Positions 29,951 to 40,467 of a DNA stretch of 64,000 bases are shown piece after piece. Every line of letters starts with the position of its first letter. The stretch's first letter is position 1. The DNA is taken from NCBI GenBank assembly GCA_963789955.1, contig CAWBMV010000022.1, positions 256,001 through 320,000 of the forward strand, in the 5' to 3' direction. Source of the stretch: an uncultured Candidatus Rokubacteria bacterium (GTDB taxonomy: Bacteria > Methylomirabilota > Methylomirabilia > Rokubacteriales > CSP1-6). The position numbers and the translations under genes were made by a program. The notes under the pieces are model-generated. The model was not told where the DNA came from. It was given only the letters and a program-made list of their open reading frames with translations, and did not search any database.

Positions 29951-30940
29951 ATGGCGACCAATCCAGCCAAACGGCAAGTCTCGACGTCAAAGAGCTCGGT
30001 CATACGCTGGCTGCTTGATTCTGACCCTTCGATCCGCTGGCAGGTGATGCGCGACCTGACTGATGCGCCCGCGGACGAGGTCGGGGCCGAGCGTGCACGG
30101 GTCGCGACCGAGGGCGCGGGCGCGCGGCTGCTCGCCCTCCAGGCGCCCGACGGGCGGTGGGGCGGCGCGGCGTGGAACCGCGGGTGGGACTCCACGATGC
30201 ACGTCCTGTCGCTCCTGCGGGAGATGGGTCTCGATCCCGCCAGCGACGAGGCACGGCGCGCGGTGGGCCTCGTCCGCGACCGCGTGACGTGGCAAGGATG
30301 CGGTCCGCAGGAAGCGGACGACAACCCCTTCTTCGCCGGCGAGGTCGAGCCCTGCATCAACGGGCAGGTCGGGGCGGTCGGCGCCTACTTCGGCCAGGAC
30401 GTCCGGGGCATCGTCGACCGGCTGCTCGCCGAGCAGCTGCCCGACGGCGGCTGGAACTGCGAGGCCGCCAACGGCTCGACGCGGTCGTCGTTCAACACCA
30501 CGATCTGCGTGCTCGAAGCCCTGCTCGAATACGAACGGGCCGTCGGGGCCAGCCCAGAGGTGACCGGGGCCCGTCTCCGCGGGCAGGAGTACCTCCTCGA
30601 GCGCCGCCTCTTCCGCCGGAGGTCGACCGGCGAGGTGATCGAGCGAGATCGCAAGGGCGACGCCGCGTGGACGCGCTTCGCCTTCCCGACGTGGTGGCAT
30701 TACGACGTGCTGCGGGGGCTCGAGTACCTGCGCCGCGCCGGCGTCGCGCCCGACGAGCGCGTAGCCGAGGCGATCGACCTGGTGGTGTCGAAGCGCGACG
30801 ACGACGGCAGGTGGCCGCTCGAGACCCAGTACCCCGGCAAGATGCCGGTCGAGACGGACGAGGGCGAGGGCCGGCCGAGCCGGTGGAACACCCTCCGCGC
30901 CTTACGAGTGTTGGACTGGTATTCGCGATCCGGGAGCTGA
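29951..30940 (+). CDS. Prenyltransferase/squalene-cyclase-repeat-like hypothetical protein
   Basis: QW-type repeats LLALQAPDGRW, LLAEQLPDGGWNC, KRDDDGRW. Confidence 0.75.
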   Translation: MATNPAKRQVSTSKSSVIRWLLDSDPSIRWQVMRDLTDAPADEVGAERARVATEGAGARLLALQAPDGRWGGAAWNRGWDSTMHVLSLLREMGLDPASDEARRAVGLVRDRVTWQGCGPQEADDNPFFAGEVEPCINGQVGAVGAYFGQDVRGIVDRLLAEQLPDGGWNCEAANGSTRSSFNTTICVLEALLEYERAVGASPEVTGARLRGQEYLLERRLFRRRSTGEVIERDRKGDAAWTRFAFPTWWHYDVLRGLEYLRRAGVAPDERVAEAIDLVVSKRDDDGRWPLETQYPGKMPVETDEGEGRPSRWNTLRALRVLDWYSRSGS

Positions 30941-30943
30941 GGT

Positions 30944-31443
30944 GTGGATACGTCGGAAAGCCAGGAGACGAGAACGGCAGCGTCTTGCGGTGCCATCGGG
31001 TGCTGCGCCATCCGCCAGAGCGAGTCTTTGAAGCCTTCGCCAAGCCCGAACTGCTCGCACGCTGGTGGGGACCAGACGGCTTCACGAACACCTTCGAGGT
31101 GTTCGAGTTTAGAGTTGGCGGCCGCTGGAAGTTAGTGATGCATGGACCGAACGGCTCACACCATCCCAATGAGAGCGTCTTTCTCGAGCTGATGGCTCCG
31201 TCCACCGTGGTCATCCACCACGTGTCGCCGCCGCGTTTCGTGTTGAGGGTGACTCTCGCGACGTGCGCAGGCGGAACGGCGATCGAATGGGCTCAGGAGT
31301 TCGAAGACAGCACGGTCGTCGACCGCATCAGGCACATCGCAGAGCCGGCGAATGAGCAGAACCTGAACCGGCTTCAGGCTGTGCTCGCTGGTGAGGAATC
31401 ATGGAGGCCGCAAGAAGCGAGGACAAGTCTCCATCTCGGCTGA
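30944..31443 (+). CDS. SRPBCC/AHSA1 domain protein (both ends apparently disrupted)
   Basis: PERVFEAF..PE.LARWWGPDGFT, GG.W..VMHGP.G. Confidence 0.75.
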
Positions 31444-31796
31444 TAGACGAGCGGATCAAGGAGCTGGGCGACTGGCGGGGCAAGATGCTCTCACGGCTCC
31501 GCACATTGATCAAGCAAGCCGACCCCGAGGTGGTCGAGGAGTGGAAGTGGAGAGGGGTTCCGGTATGGTCTCACGACGGATTGATCTGCACCGGCGAGAC
31601 GTACAAGAACGTCGTGAAGATGACCTTTGCCAAGGGGGCCGCACTCGAGGACCCATCAGGCCTCTTCAACTCCAGCCTCGAGGGCAACACCAGGCGTGCC
31701 ATCGACTTCCACGAGGGCGAGAAGATTGACGAGGAGGCATTGAAGGCTCTTATTCGCGCGGCCGTGACGCTGAACGCGTCCCGCGCCCGCGGCTGA
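31401..31796 (+). CDS. DUF1801 domain protein
   Basis: ADPEVVEEWKW.GVPVW, FAKGAAL.DP.GLFN. Confidence 0.85.
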   Translation: MEAARSEDKSPSRLIDERIKELGDWRGKMLSRLRTLIKQADPEVVEEWKWRGVPVWSHDGLICTGETYKNVVKMTFAKGAALEDPSGLFNSSLEGNTRRAIDFHEGEKIDEEALKALIRAAVTLNASRARG

Positions 31797-31812
31797 TCGC
31801 GCTGAAGGGGGC

Positions 31813-32567
31813 ATGATGTCGGTCCGCGCGTTCTACGACGAACTGGCACCTCTGTATCACCTCGTTTACGACAACTGGGAGACGACCGTCGCGCGGCAGG
31901 GTGCGGCGCTGGCGTCGCTCATTGCCGAATACTGGGGAGCCGATGCGCGCGCGGTGCTGGACGCGGCGCTGGGCATCGGTACCCAAGGGCTGGGACTTCT
32001 CGCAAGAGGCTTCCGTGTCACAGGCTCGGACCTCTCCGCCGGTGCGGTGAGCCGGGCGCGACGCGAAGCGACGGTCCGGCGCCTGCCGCTCGCCTCTCTG
32101 GTCGCCGACTTCCGGGCGCTGCCAGTGCGGTCGGCAACGTTCGACGTCGTGTTGATCTGTGACAATGCCCTACCCCATCTCGACAGCGAGGCGGACATCA
32201 AGGGTGCGCTTGCTGAGTGCCTTCGCTGCGTACGGCGGGGTGGTGGATGCCTGATCTCGATGCGTGACTACGGACCACCGCCGCCGTCCGGCACGGTCGA
32301 GGTGCGCCCGTATGGCGAGCGTCATTGGGCAGGTCGCCGGTATCATCTGCGTCAGGTGTGGACATGGCACGGCCCGCGATATGACCTGTCGTTCGAGTTC
32401 ACGCCAGTAGACGGAGCCGACGCAGAGGCCACATCCTGAAAAGCAACTATCTCGCAATCCCCGTGGAGCAGGTCACCGGATTGATGGGGACAGTTGGTTT
32501 CGAGAATGTTCGACGTGTGGACGGACGGTTCTTTCAACCAGTGCTGATCGGCACGCGGCCGGCATGA
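31813..32567 (+). CDS. Class I SAM-dependent methyltransferase (frameshift near 32433)
   Basis: VLDAALGIGT, GSDLS, FDVVL..DNALPHL; C-terminus continues in another frame to RFFQPVLIGTRPA*. Confidence 0.8.
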
Positions 32568-33071
32568 CCCTCCAGCGTGTTGAACGCTATGTCAGCGAGC
32601 AACATGCCCGCGGCATCGTCCTGAGAATGGGCCAGCGTCGACGTGCCCTGGGCGTCGCGCTCTTGGCACTCGCTGTTCTTTCGCAAGCGGGTGGTTTGGG
32701 CCGGATGCAGAGACCAGGTCTCGATCACGTCGTTCCAAAGAGCACGCCTCGAGGAGATCCGAGCGTACGCCCCTGAATTGGTCACTAGCTGGTTGTTGGC
32801 CTCAGGACCGGGCGCTATCGGCTCCGTTCTACTGGCTCTGGTTCGGCTGTGTTTTCACTCGTCTTCAGCATGGGACTGCTCGGCGCCCTGATACCACGAG
32901 AAGCGCTGACCGGCAGTCGTGAAGCGGTTCCTCGAGGCTTTGCGGTCGGTGCTGACGCTGCGACGTCGATGAGCGTCTACGGAGGAGCTCCGCGTCGGCT
33001 GCAGCGATCCGCGTTGGCCAGAGCGACGAAATAATGGAGGTGCGGCCAGACCTGGCTATCTGGAGGAACGG

Positions 33072-34001
33072 ATGGACAAGCCTCGCATCTTCTTGGGTTC
33101 GTCAGGAAAGCAGGAGAAGCTGCTGCTGGCACTGACGCGCGGTCTCGAAGAGGTCGCGCACGTAGAACCGTGGACGACATCTTTCAATCCGGGGACCACC
33201 ACACTGGAACGCCTCTTCGAGCTTACCCATGAAGTCGACTTCGCCGCATTCGTGTTCGCTCAGGACGACTGGACGACCAACAACCCGCAGGGATCGCCGG
33301 CTCCGGGGGCCGGGCAGGCTTCTCCGCGAGACAACGTGGTCTTCGAGGCCGGCCTCTTTGGGGGAGCTCTCGGCATGCGCCGAACCTTCATCCTCCACGC
33401 GAGCGGCGCGAAGCTTCCAAGCGATCTCTTCGGCCTCACGTGCGTACGGTACGGCGAAGCGACCACCGAAGACGAGATAAAGGTCATCAACGAAAAGCTT
33501 CGGAAGGCGATCGAGAGCGAGGGCCGCGTGGCTCGCATCGAAGGCCTGTGGTGGCAGTTTTCCCTGACGGAGCGTACCGCACGGGAGCCCTCCGCCGTGA
33601 GCCTTCTGAAGATTTCGCGAGACCGCGCCGGCGCGCTGGAGCTGGCTGGCCGGTCATGGCAAGAGGATGGCAGCCTGTCGGCGAGATACTGGAGCGAAGC
33701 GGTGAAGGAGAGGAAAGAGCCTTCGGGCATCTTCTACTACTGGAAGGGAGAACGGCCGCTGAACCCGAACGCGCCGCAGCTGGATGGGACGGGGGAGATC
33801 CGGATGGAATCTGCCGAGCGCGCGTCCGGATACTTCACGACTCGTGCGGACACGCACCCAAGAGTGAACACGCGGACGTCGGGTGTCTACTGGCGCGCCG
33901 ATCCAGAAGACCTGAGCATCATGGACGGCCGCGACGAGCGGAAACGCGCGGAGCTGATCGCAGAGCGGCTGAAGCATTGGAAGTCGATCAAGAACGCCTG
34001 A
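33072..34001 (+). CDS. TIR-like (PF10137/Cap12-type) domain fused to a C-terminal beta-rich domain
   Basis: RIFLGSS, W...F.PG.TTLE.L, DFAAFVFAQDD, PRDNVVFEAGLF.GALG..RTFIL, KLPSDL.GL. Confidence 0.85.
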   Translation: MDKPRIFLGSSGKQEKLLLALTRGLEEVAHVEPWTTSFNPGTTTLERLFELTHEVDFAAFVFAQDDWTTNNPQGSPAPGAGQASPRDNVVFEAGLFGGALGMRRTFILHASGAKLPSDLFGLTCVRYGEATTEDEIKVINEKLRKAIESEGRVARIEGLWWQFSLTERTAREPSAVSLLKISRDRAGALELAGRSWQEDGSLSARYWSEAVKERKEPSGIFYYWKGERPLNPNAPQLDGTGEIRMESAERASGYFTTRADTHPRVNTRTSGVYWRADPEDLSIMDGRDERKRAELIAERLKHWKSIKNA

Positions 34002-34742
34002 GCGCGGACGGATTCCTTGTGGTGCGGGGTGCTGTGGCTCCGGACACGGTACGTGCGTGCGTGGACGTCATCGAAGACGAACTGCGGGCACGAGCGGTCG
34101 ATCCTCGCGATCCCAAGACCTGGACCCAGCCCGTCGTCCGTCTCCCGTAGCCCCGAAGGTCCCGCTTTCGCAGCAGCGGGCACCTCGCCGGCGCTCCGGG
34201 AAACGTACGACGCGCTCCTCGGACCAGGCTGTTGGATTCCGCGCGAAGGAGTCGGTGGGACCATTCCGGTTCGGTTCCCAAGCACGAAGGATCCGGGAGA
34301 CGCCGGTTGGCACATCGACGGCAGCTACGACGTGGATGGACAGTGGTGGGTCAACGTGCACAGTCGAGGCCGTGGGCTCTTGGCGCTGTTCCTGTTCACG
34401 GACGTCAGCGATGCGGATGCACCGACGGAGATCCTGGTGGGGTCTCATCTCGACGTTCCCCGCGTGCTCGCACCATATGGCGCCCAGGGTGTGTTCTTCG
34501 GCGACGTGACCGGAGAGCTACCGGCTTCGACCTTCCAACGCTCGCGTGCCCGAGCGACTGGCCGAGCCGGTGACGTGTATGTCTGCCATCCATTCCTCGT
34601 TCATCGCGCGACGTGGCCGCATCGCGGCTCCGGACCGCGCATGGTCGCCCAACCCGCAATCGCGCTTCGCGAGCCGTTCGCGCTACGTGACGGCGCCGCC
34701 GTGTGCGCGGTCGAACGGGCGATCCTTCGCGGTCTCCGGTGA
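34002..34742 (+). pseudogene. Phytanoyl-CoA dioxygenase-family protein, start missing and frameshifted near 34148
   Basis: DGFLVVRGA, GWHIDG, GDV..CHPFLVH, R motif. Confidence 0.7.
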
Positions 34743-34788
34743 CCGTTGCGCGTTTGCCGAATGGCTCACCGGGAGGCTGATCGTGGGC

Positions 34789-35369
34789 ATGCGCGTGAAG
34801 GCGGCCGACTTCCAAAAGCTCGACCTGCGCTGCCACGCGCTTCTCAGCGACGCGCCGCTCCACGACGTCTGGGCGATCCCGCTGAACGGCGGGGGCCCAG
34901 GGCGCACCGTCCAGGACGCGCGCGCGGCCTTGTTCGGCGACCGCCGTCCACACACGAATCGTCGCGGTTCGAGGCCTATTCGCGTTGCGATTCGCGCTCG
35001 GTCGCGCGTTCGGATGGGATGCCGAGCGCCATGATCCGCCCGGCGTGTCGTACGTCCATCGTCTTTCTGAAGCCGATCGCGCGCAGTCTCAGGTTGCTCC
35101 GGGAGACTCGCGACGGCCCGTTTCGAGTGCTCTACGTCTTCGGTAACGAAGCCGTCTACGAGCTGCGCAATGCGACCGTGCATGCCTTCCTGGCGCTCGT
35201 TCTCACGCCGAGCCCCGGAGGGTACACGCTCTACCTGGCGATCTACGTGAAGCCGGTGAGTCGGTTCACTGCGCTCTACATGGCCCTGATCGATCCGTTT
35301 CGCCGTCTCATTGTCTACCCAGACCTTGGTAGGCATGCCCAGCGACGCTGGTCGCGCACGTATGCGTAG
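34789..35369 (+). CDS. DUF2867-like protein (frameshifted)
   Basis: LHDVW, E..N.TVH, YMALI.PFRR.IVYP. Confidence 0.65.
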
Positions 35370-35634
35370 GCGCGGCCACTCATGAAGAAGGTGGGATTCG
35401 CGGCGGCTGACACGTTGATCCACGTTGATCTGCCGCTGCTCACTCACTGCCGGTGGGTCACCAAGCGCCTCGTCAAGGGCATGTTCGTGACTCCAGAGGG
35501 CTGGCCGGAAGATAGCCCCATCTGGAGTAGCACGATGAACAGCTACCGTGTGCTTTGGCTCCGACTATCCTCTTGGGAGTAGTCGCGCTGCCGTTCTACA
35601 GTTCTAGGGAGAGCACGCATTAGGAGGGGACGGC

Positions 35635-36291
35635 ATGTCGAGATGGCTCTTCTCGGTCTGTCTCGGGCTCATTCTGGTTTCGCAGGCGACGTACGCGCAG
35701 ACTCCGTCAGCGGCGAGCACGGCGGACCGCCGTCACCCCTTCGTGCAGCACGCGGAAAGCCGCTACCGGCAATACCTCGCGTCAGAAAACCTCGGAGACA
35801 CCGCCGCGTACAAGGAGGTCCGCACGCGCCAGGCGTATGAGGGCACGCTGGAGCAGCTCAAGAAACTGGGGAAAGCGGACAGCGATCTGGGGCCCATGCT
35901 GAAGGTCGCCGCCCGCTGGCAGACTGATATGTCCCAGCTCACGTTCGTGCGCTGCGATGCGACGACACGGGTTGCCCGGTTGCTCTACAAACGCGAGGGC
36001 AGTGGCCCGAAGGGGCCAACCTTGGAGTTCGCCGCGTTCATGATCCACTGGGACGACGGCGCATGGCGAATCGGGTGGGTTGCCCAGTCGAGCGGCGCTG
36101 CAACGCGGTCCAATGGCGAGAAACGCACCGCGGACGAGCTGCTGGGCGATCCGCGCTTTGCGCTCAACTCTACGCCTGCGACCACGCGATGCTCACTCGA
36201 TGGTCGCACTGGACTTCTCCACGCGGGAGTGACCACAGAGCATGATTCTGGAAGTCGCGATCTTGAACGTGCGGCCCGGCCGCGCTGCTGA
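35635..36291 (+). CDS. Hypothetical exported protein (3' end uncertain)
   Basis: RBS GGAGG, signal peptide, NTF2-like C-terminal W.DGAWRI. Confidence 0.55.
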   Translation: MSRWLFSVCLGLILVSQATYAQTPSAASTADRRHPFVQHAESRYRQYLASENLGDTAAYKEVRTRQAYEGTLEQLKKLGKADSDLGPMLKVAARWQTDMSQLTFVRCDATTRVARLLYKREGSGPKGPTLEFAAFMIHWDDGAWRIGWVAQSSGAATRSNGEKRTADELLGDPRFALNSTPATTRCSLDGRTGLLHAGVTTEHDSGSRDLERAARPRC

Positions 36292-36535
36292 GTTCGAGCA
36301 GGCGTTTCAGCAGGCTCAGCGGATTATCTCGTCCATGGTCGGCTACGTCTCTCATGAGCTTCAGCGCTGCCTCGAAGTGCAGAACAAGTACGTGCTGCTC
36401 GTTCGGTGGCGGCGGCTCGAAGATCATACGGAAGGCTTTCGCAAGTCCGCGGAGTATCAAGAATGGAGGCGCCTCCTCCATCACTTCTACGATCCGTTTC
36501 CGACCGTCGAGCACTATGAGTCGGTGGATGGATAG
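36242..36535 (+). CDS. Antibiotic biosynthesis monooxygenase family
   Basis: MILEVA.L.V.PG....FE, W..LEDH..GFR.S..YQEW..LLHHFYDP. Confidence 0.88.
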   Translation: MILEVAILNVRPGRAAEFEQAFQQAQRIISSMVGYVSHELQRCLEVQNKYVLLVRWRRLEDHTEGFRKSAEYQEWRRLLHHFYDPFPTVEHYESVDG

Positions 36536-37012
36536 TGGTTCGAAGCACGGCGGGGTCCGTGCCCTCATTGCGCTGTTTGCTGTGGTCGCGATCGGCCTCA
36601 TGCCCGCCGCCGCTGCAGATGTGGGCGCCGCTCCGCATGCCTACTATCTCTTTCTCGTGGGTGCGCCGCAGGGGTGCGAAGACTGCTACGTCCCTCTCCT
36701 CATCACACATAGGCCCCTGGGCGAAGTCGCGTCTTCGGGGCGCGATAGCGCGGTCGTCCTCATCACGACCTACGAACGCGATTCGATCTGGAAACTCGAA
36801 CGAGATGTCCCGCTCGCTCCCGCTGACATCTCGGCGCCGGATCGAGTAGTTCGTCTCCGGGGCCGACGGTATCGGTGGCAGGGGTTGCTCCAGCGGAAGT
36901 CCTCCGCCTGCTCGAGAAACCGGAGGGCTCGATTCCGATACATCGGGTCACGCCGGTACCCGACAAGAAGTCGCTCGAAGATCTCATCGCGGCCTTTCGA
37001 GGGCGGAGCTGA
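36528..37012 (+). CDS. Hypothetical exported protein with CEDC motif (frameshift near 36880)
   Basis: Signal peptide followed by GCEDCYVP. Confidence 0.5.
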
Positions 37013-37013
37013 C

Positions 37014-37416
37014 ATGCTGAGCCTCGATAGTCCCCGTTGGCGAGAGCTGCAACACGCCTACGGCTCGGCGGCTGACATCCCCCCGCTCTTGCGCGCGCTC
37101 GAGTCCCTGCCTCCCTCGGCGGGGCGGGAGGAGCCGTGGTTTACCCTGTGGAGCGCTCTCGCGCACCAGGGCGATGTCTATTCGGCCTCCTTCGCCGCCG
37201 TTCCGCACGTCATCCGCGCCCTATCGATCGCCCCGGCGAGGGCTCACTTCAGCTTCTTTCAGTTTCCGGCGTGGGTAGAGATAGGACGAAAACTTCCTGG
37301 CCTGTGCCTTGACTGCGATCGCGGCCGCGAAGGGCTTTCCCGCCGTTGCTGAGGCCGTGCAGGAGCTCACGCCGCTCGTCGCGGCGGAGTTTCTCGAGTG
37401 GTTCCGTGCGCGCTGA
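37014..37416 (+). pseudogene. HAYG-family hypothetical protein with an internal break
   Basis: W.EL.HAYGSA.DIP, LWS.L.HQGDVYSASFAAVPH; C-terminus ACALTAIAAAKG...EFLEW is in another frame. Confidence 0.55.
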
Positions 37417-37422
37417 CGTCAC

Positions 37423-38145
37423 ATGAACGCCTCCGCGGTCGTCACGGCGGGATTCGTTCTTCTGCCGCTCCTCGTGAGTGTCGGATTCGTTCTCGCATGC
37501 GAGTGGGCCGGCCGACGTCTCGGCGAGGACGCCGGCGCGCGCCGGCGTCGCGCAACGCGCCTCGGCGCGGCCGTCTTCGCGTGGCTGCTGATCACCGCGA
37601 TCATCGCAGCCACCGGTGTGCTGCGGCGATTCGATGCGACACCCCCTCCATTCGCCGGCCTGGTGCTCGCGGTCCTTATCCTCGGCGTCGCCGTCCCCCT
37701 CTCGCCCGTGGGGACCTTGCTCGTTCGCGGCTTGCCGCTCTGGTTGCTGGTCGGCTTTCAGGTCTTCCGATTCCCGCTCGAGCTCCTGATGCACCGGGCC
37801 TACGTCGAAGGTGTGATGCCGGTGCAGATGAGCTACTCGGGCCGGAACTACGACATCGTGACCGGGATCACCGCCGGCGTGCTCGGGCTGTGGCTGGCCC
37901 GGCGGCCGGTGCAGCGCTGGGTCGTGATGTCCTGGAATATTCTCGGCTTCGTGCTCCTCGCGAACATCGTCACCATTGCGATCGTCTCGACGCCGGTGTT
38001 CGGCTGGTTCGGCCGCGAGCGCTTGAACACCTTCGTGACCTATCCGCCGTTCGTCTGGCTGCCGGCGATTCTGGTCACGGCCGCGCTGATGGGTCACATC
38101 CTGGTGTGGCGTTGGCTGTCCGAGACCGCTAGAATCCTCCCGTGA
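37423..38145 (+). CDS. Integral membrane protein of unknown function
   Basis: Multiple TM helices; Q.FR..LE, G.NYDI.TG, P.VWLP..LV. Confidence 0.75.
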   Translation: MNASAVVTAGFVLLPLLVSVGFVLACEWAGRRLGEDAGARRRRATRLGAAVFAWLLITAIIAATGVLRRFDATPPPFAGLVLAVLILGVAVPLSPVGTLLVRGLPLWLLVGFQVFRFPLELLMHRAYVEGVMPVQMSYSGRNYDIVTGITAGVLGLWLARRPVQRWVVMSWNILGFVLLANIVTIAIVSTPVFGWFGRERLNTFVTYPPFVWLPAILVTAALMGHILVWRWLSETARILP

Positions 38146-39157
38146 TCTTCGTGCCGTTGGCCGCGAACAAGGTCGACGGATCCTCGCGGAACACCAGGCC
38201 CTCCGGCTTGAACAGCATCTGGCCCTGCGCGCCGACCTTGTCGGCGAACTTGACGCGCTTCTTCGGGTTGAGGTGCTCGATGTTCGCGAGGAAATAGTCG
38301 AGGGGATAGGCTGTGTCCGGTTTCCCCGTCAACCCCTTGTCGAGCATGGCGGCGAACTCCTCCGACGTCAGCGGCCGCGGCACGGTCGACCAGAACGTGG
38401 CCTGCCGGCGGAAGATCTTCGGGAAGTTCGGCCTGCCACCATCCGGCAGCTTCGCGTTTTTGACGTTGCGCGTCGCGTCGAAGGGCTGCAACTTCTTCGA
38501 GAGCGCCTTCCCGGGCCGCGCGCCGAGCGCCTGACCGACCTTCCACGCGTCGACGATCGTCCGGACCTCGGTGTCGGTCATCGAGTCGTAGAGCAGCGGA
38601 TAGGCCCAGCCATTCTCGACCAGCCACGTATTGATGCTCTGGCCGCTCGCGGTGCCCACGATGATGTCGCCCACGAATCGTCCGTGCGAGTCGACGGCGT
38701 CGGCCGGCCGGTCGATCTGCGTGAGGAAGGTCGCGTGCATGACGGTGCCGTCGCCCGCGCCCATCAGCGACTTCAAGTGTGCGTGCAGCGCATTCGCGGC
38801 GCCCGCGCCGTAGAGCTGGCGAAACTCGTTCGTAAACTTGCCCCGCTTCGACGGATCCCACTTGGTCATGACAGGGTAGTGGAGCTCGGGCGTGTCGATG
38901 CCTTGCAGGCGGATCTTGATCTCGTTCTTCGAGGTGATCACGTTCTTCTTGCGGCCATGATCGTTCACGTAGGCGCCGGTGAACCTCGCGGTCTTCTTCG
39001 GATGGGCGCCGGCGGAGGTCTTGAACAAGAACGAGGTGGCGGGATCGACCTTTAGGTGCACCGTGTCGCCGTCGGACGAGCTGTTCCCCTTGGTGGCGGG
39101 CCAGAACTGTTTGATATCCAGACTTCCCACGACCGTGAGTAACCCTTTGGGCTTCAT
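38129..39157 (-). CDS. Thermonuclease (SNase-fold) family protein with extensions
   Basis: DGDT, IRLQGIDTPE, D.HGRFVG, IN..LV..GWA. Confidence 0.75.
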   Translation of the reverse strand: MKPKGLLTVVGSLDIKQFWPATKGNSSSDGDTVHLKVDPATSFLFKTSAGAHPKKTARFTGAYVNDHGRKKNVITSKNEIKIRLQGIDTPELHYPVMTKWDPSKRGKFTNEFRQLYGAGAANALHAHLKSLMGAGDGTVMHATFLTQIDRPADAVDSHGRFVGDIIVGTASGQSINTWLVENGWAYPLLYDSMTDTEVRTIVDAWKVGQALGARPGKALSKKLQPFDATRNVKNAKLPDGGRPNFPKIFRRQATFWSTVPRPLTSEEFAAMLDKGLTGKPDTAYPLDYFLANIEHLNPKKRVKFADKVGAQGQMLFKPEGLVFREDPSTLFAANGTKITGGF

Positions 39158-39474
39158 GATCGCTCTCCTCCCGCCCGGCGCGCGGCGGCCGGGACTTCCC
39201 CCGCTCTCCTCCCTAGCAGACAAGCGTCCCCAAGATCAATCGCGGTGCGTGTTTGCCCGGCCATGCTGCGAACGCCGTAAATAAGTGTTCCCTTCGCCGC
39301 GACGGCAGCGTACAAAGGGCAGGTTCTTTTGATTTGCGCCGTTTGAAGCACGATCCCTGATCCAAGGTCCCAGTCAGTACCGATGTCTCGATCCTCCTGA
39401 TTGTGGAGGTGAGCGATGGGGCGAACCTGGCTCAGTTTTCGGCGACCTATTGCATGGCCCATTGGAGCGGGCCG

Positions 39475-40451
39475 GTGGTGAGACCCGCGCGTATTCGAGT
39501 GACCACGGTTGCGGCCGTCTTGTTTTTCGTGGCACCGCTCGTGGCCGAGGCCCAGAGCACCAAGGTCTGGCGCGTCGGCTACCTGACTCCCGTGATCGCC
39601 AACGGAAACCCGCGGCTCGTCGCCTTCCAGCAGCGTCTGCGTGAGCTGGGCTACGTCGAGCCGCAGAACATCGTCCTCGACATACGATCCGCCGACGGCA
39701 ACCCCGGGCGATACCCCGATCTAGCGGCCGATCTCGTGCGTCTCAAGGTCGATATCATCGTCGCGGACGGCAACGCGGCCATCGAGGCGGCCCGGCAGGC
39801 GACTGCATCGATCCCGATTATCATGACGACGGCGACTGATCCCGTCGCCGCGGGCTTTGCGACGAGCGTGTCGCGACCTCGGGGCAATATCACGGGCTGA
39901 CCATCCAGAGCTCGGACCTGGTCGGCAAGGCGCTCCAGTTTCTGAAGGAGGTCGTGCCGAACCTGTTCCGGGTCGCTGTGCTGTGGGAGCCGGGACTGCC
40001 GCGCATGTCGGGCGAGCTTGATATCGCCGCCGGGCGTCTGGGGTTACAGCTCCAACCGGTCGATGTCCGCGACCTCAGCGAGCTCGAAGGCGCCATCACC
40101 GACGCCACCAAGAACGGTTCTGGCGCCGCCGTGATCATGGCCGGCGACGTCGCGTTTTCCCATCGTACGCGGATCGCGGAGCTCGCCATCAAACGTCGCC
40201 TGCCGACCGTGGGCCTGCTGCCGGATTCCGCGGAGGCCGGGTGGCTCATGAGCTACGGGCCGCGTCTCAGCGATCAGCTTCGGCGTACCGCGGACTTCGT
40301 GGACCGGATCTTCAGGGGAGCCAAGCCGGCCGACCTTCCCATCGAGCATCCGACGAAGTTCTACTTCGTGGTCAACCTCAAGACCGCGAAAGCACTCGGT
40401 CTCAATATCCCGCCGCTGCTGCTGGAGCGGGCCGACGAGGTCATCAAGTAG
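39475..40451 (+). CDS. ABC_sub_bind-family substrate-binding protein (frameshift near 39897)
   Basis: LRELGYVE..NI, S.SRP.GNITG, VDRI.RGAKPADLPIE.PTKF..VVNLKTAKALGL.IP..LL.RADEVI. Confidence 0.9.
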
Positions 40452-40467
40452 CGCGCGATGTAGAGTA

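Larger units (their letters stand above)
20340..38145 (+). mobile_element. Chromosomal integron with co-oriented intI and cassette array; attC-supported to 29874, distal part inferred
   Basis: intI remnant, eight intact attC sites, several damaged ones, and short co-oriented lower-GC genes. Confidence 0.85.

Noticed and set aside
32564..33034. Short hydrophobic ORFs upstream of the TIR gene as a partner 2TM effector or cyclase
   Set aside because: Fragmented over several frames with no nucleotidyltransferase or cyclase motif; probably a decayed cassette
34148..34150. TAG in the PhyH-like gene as pyrrolysine or readthrough
   Set aside because: The downstream homology is in another frame, consistent with a 1-nt insertion
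35382..35582. 66-aa ORF in the distal array
   Set aside because: No recognisable motif or RBS; cannot distinguish a small gene from a remnant
39898..39900. TGA in the ABC_sub_bind gene as selenocysteine
   Set aside because: Homology continues in a different frame (GLTIQ), so this is a 1-nt deletion and not an in-frame stop
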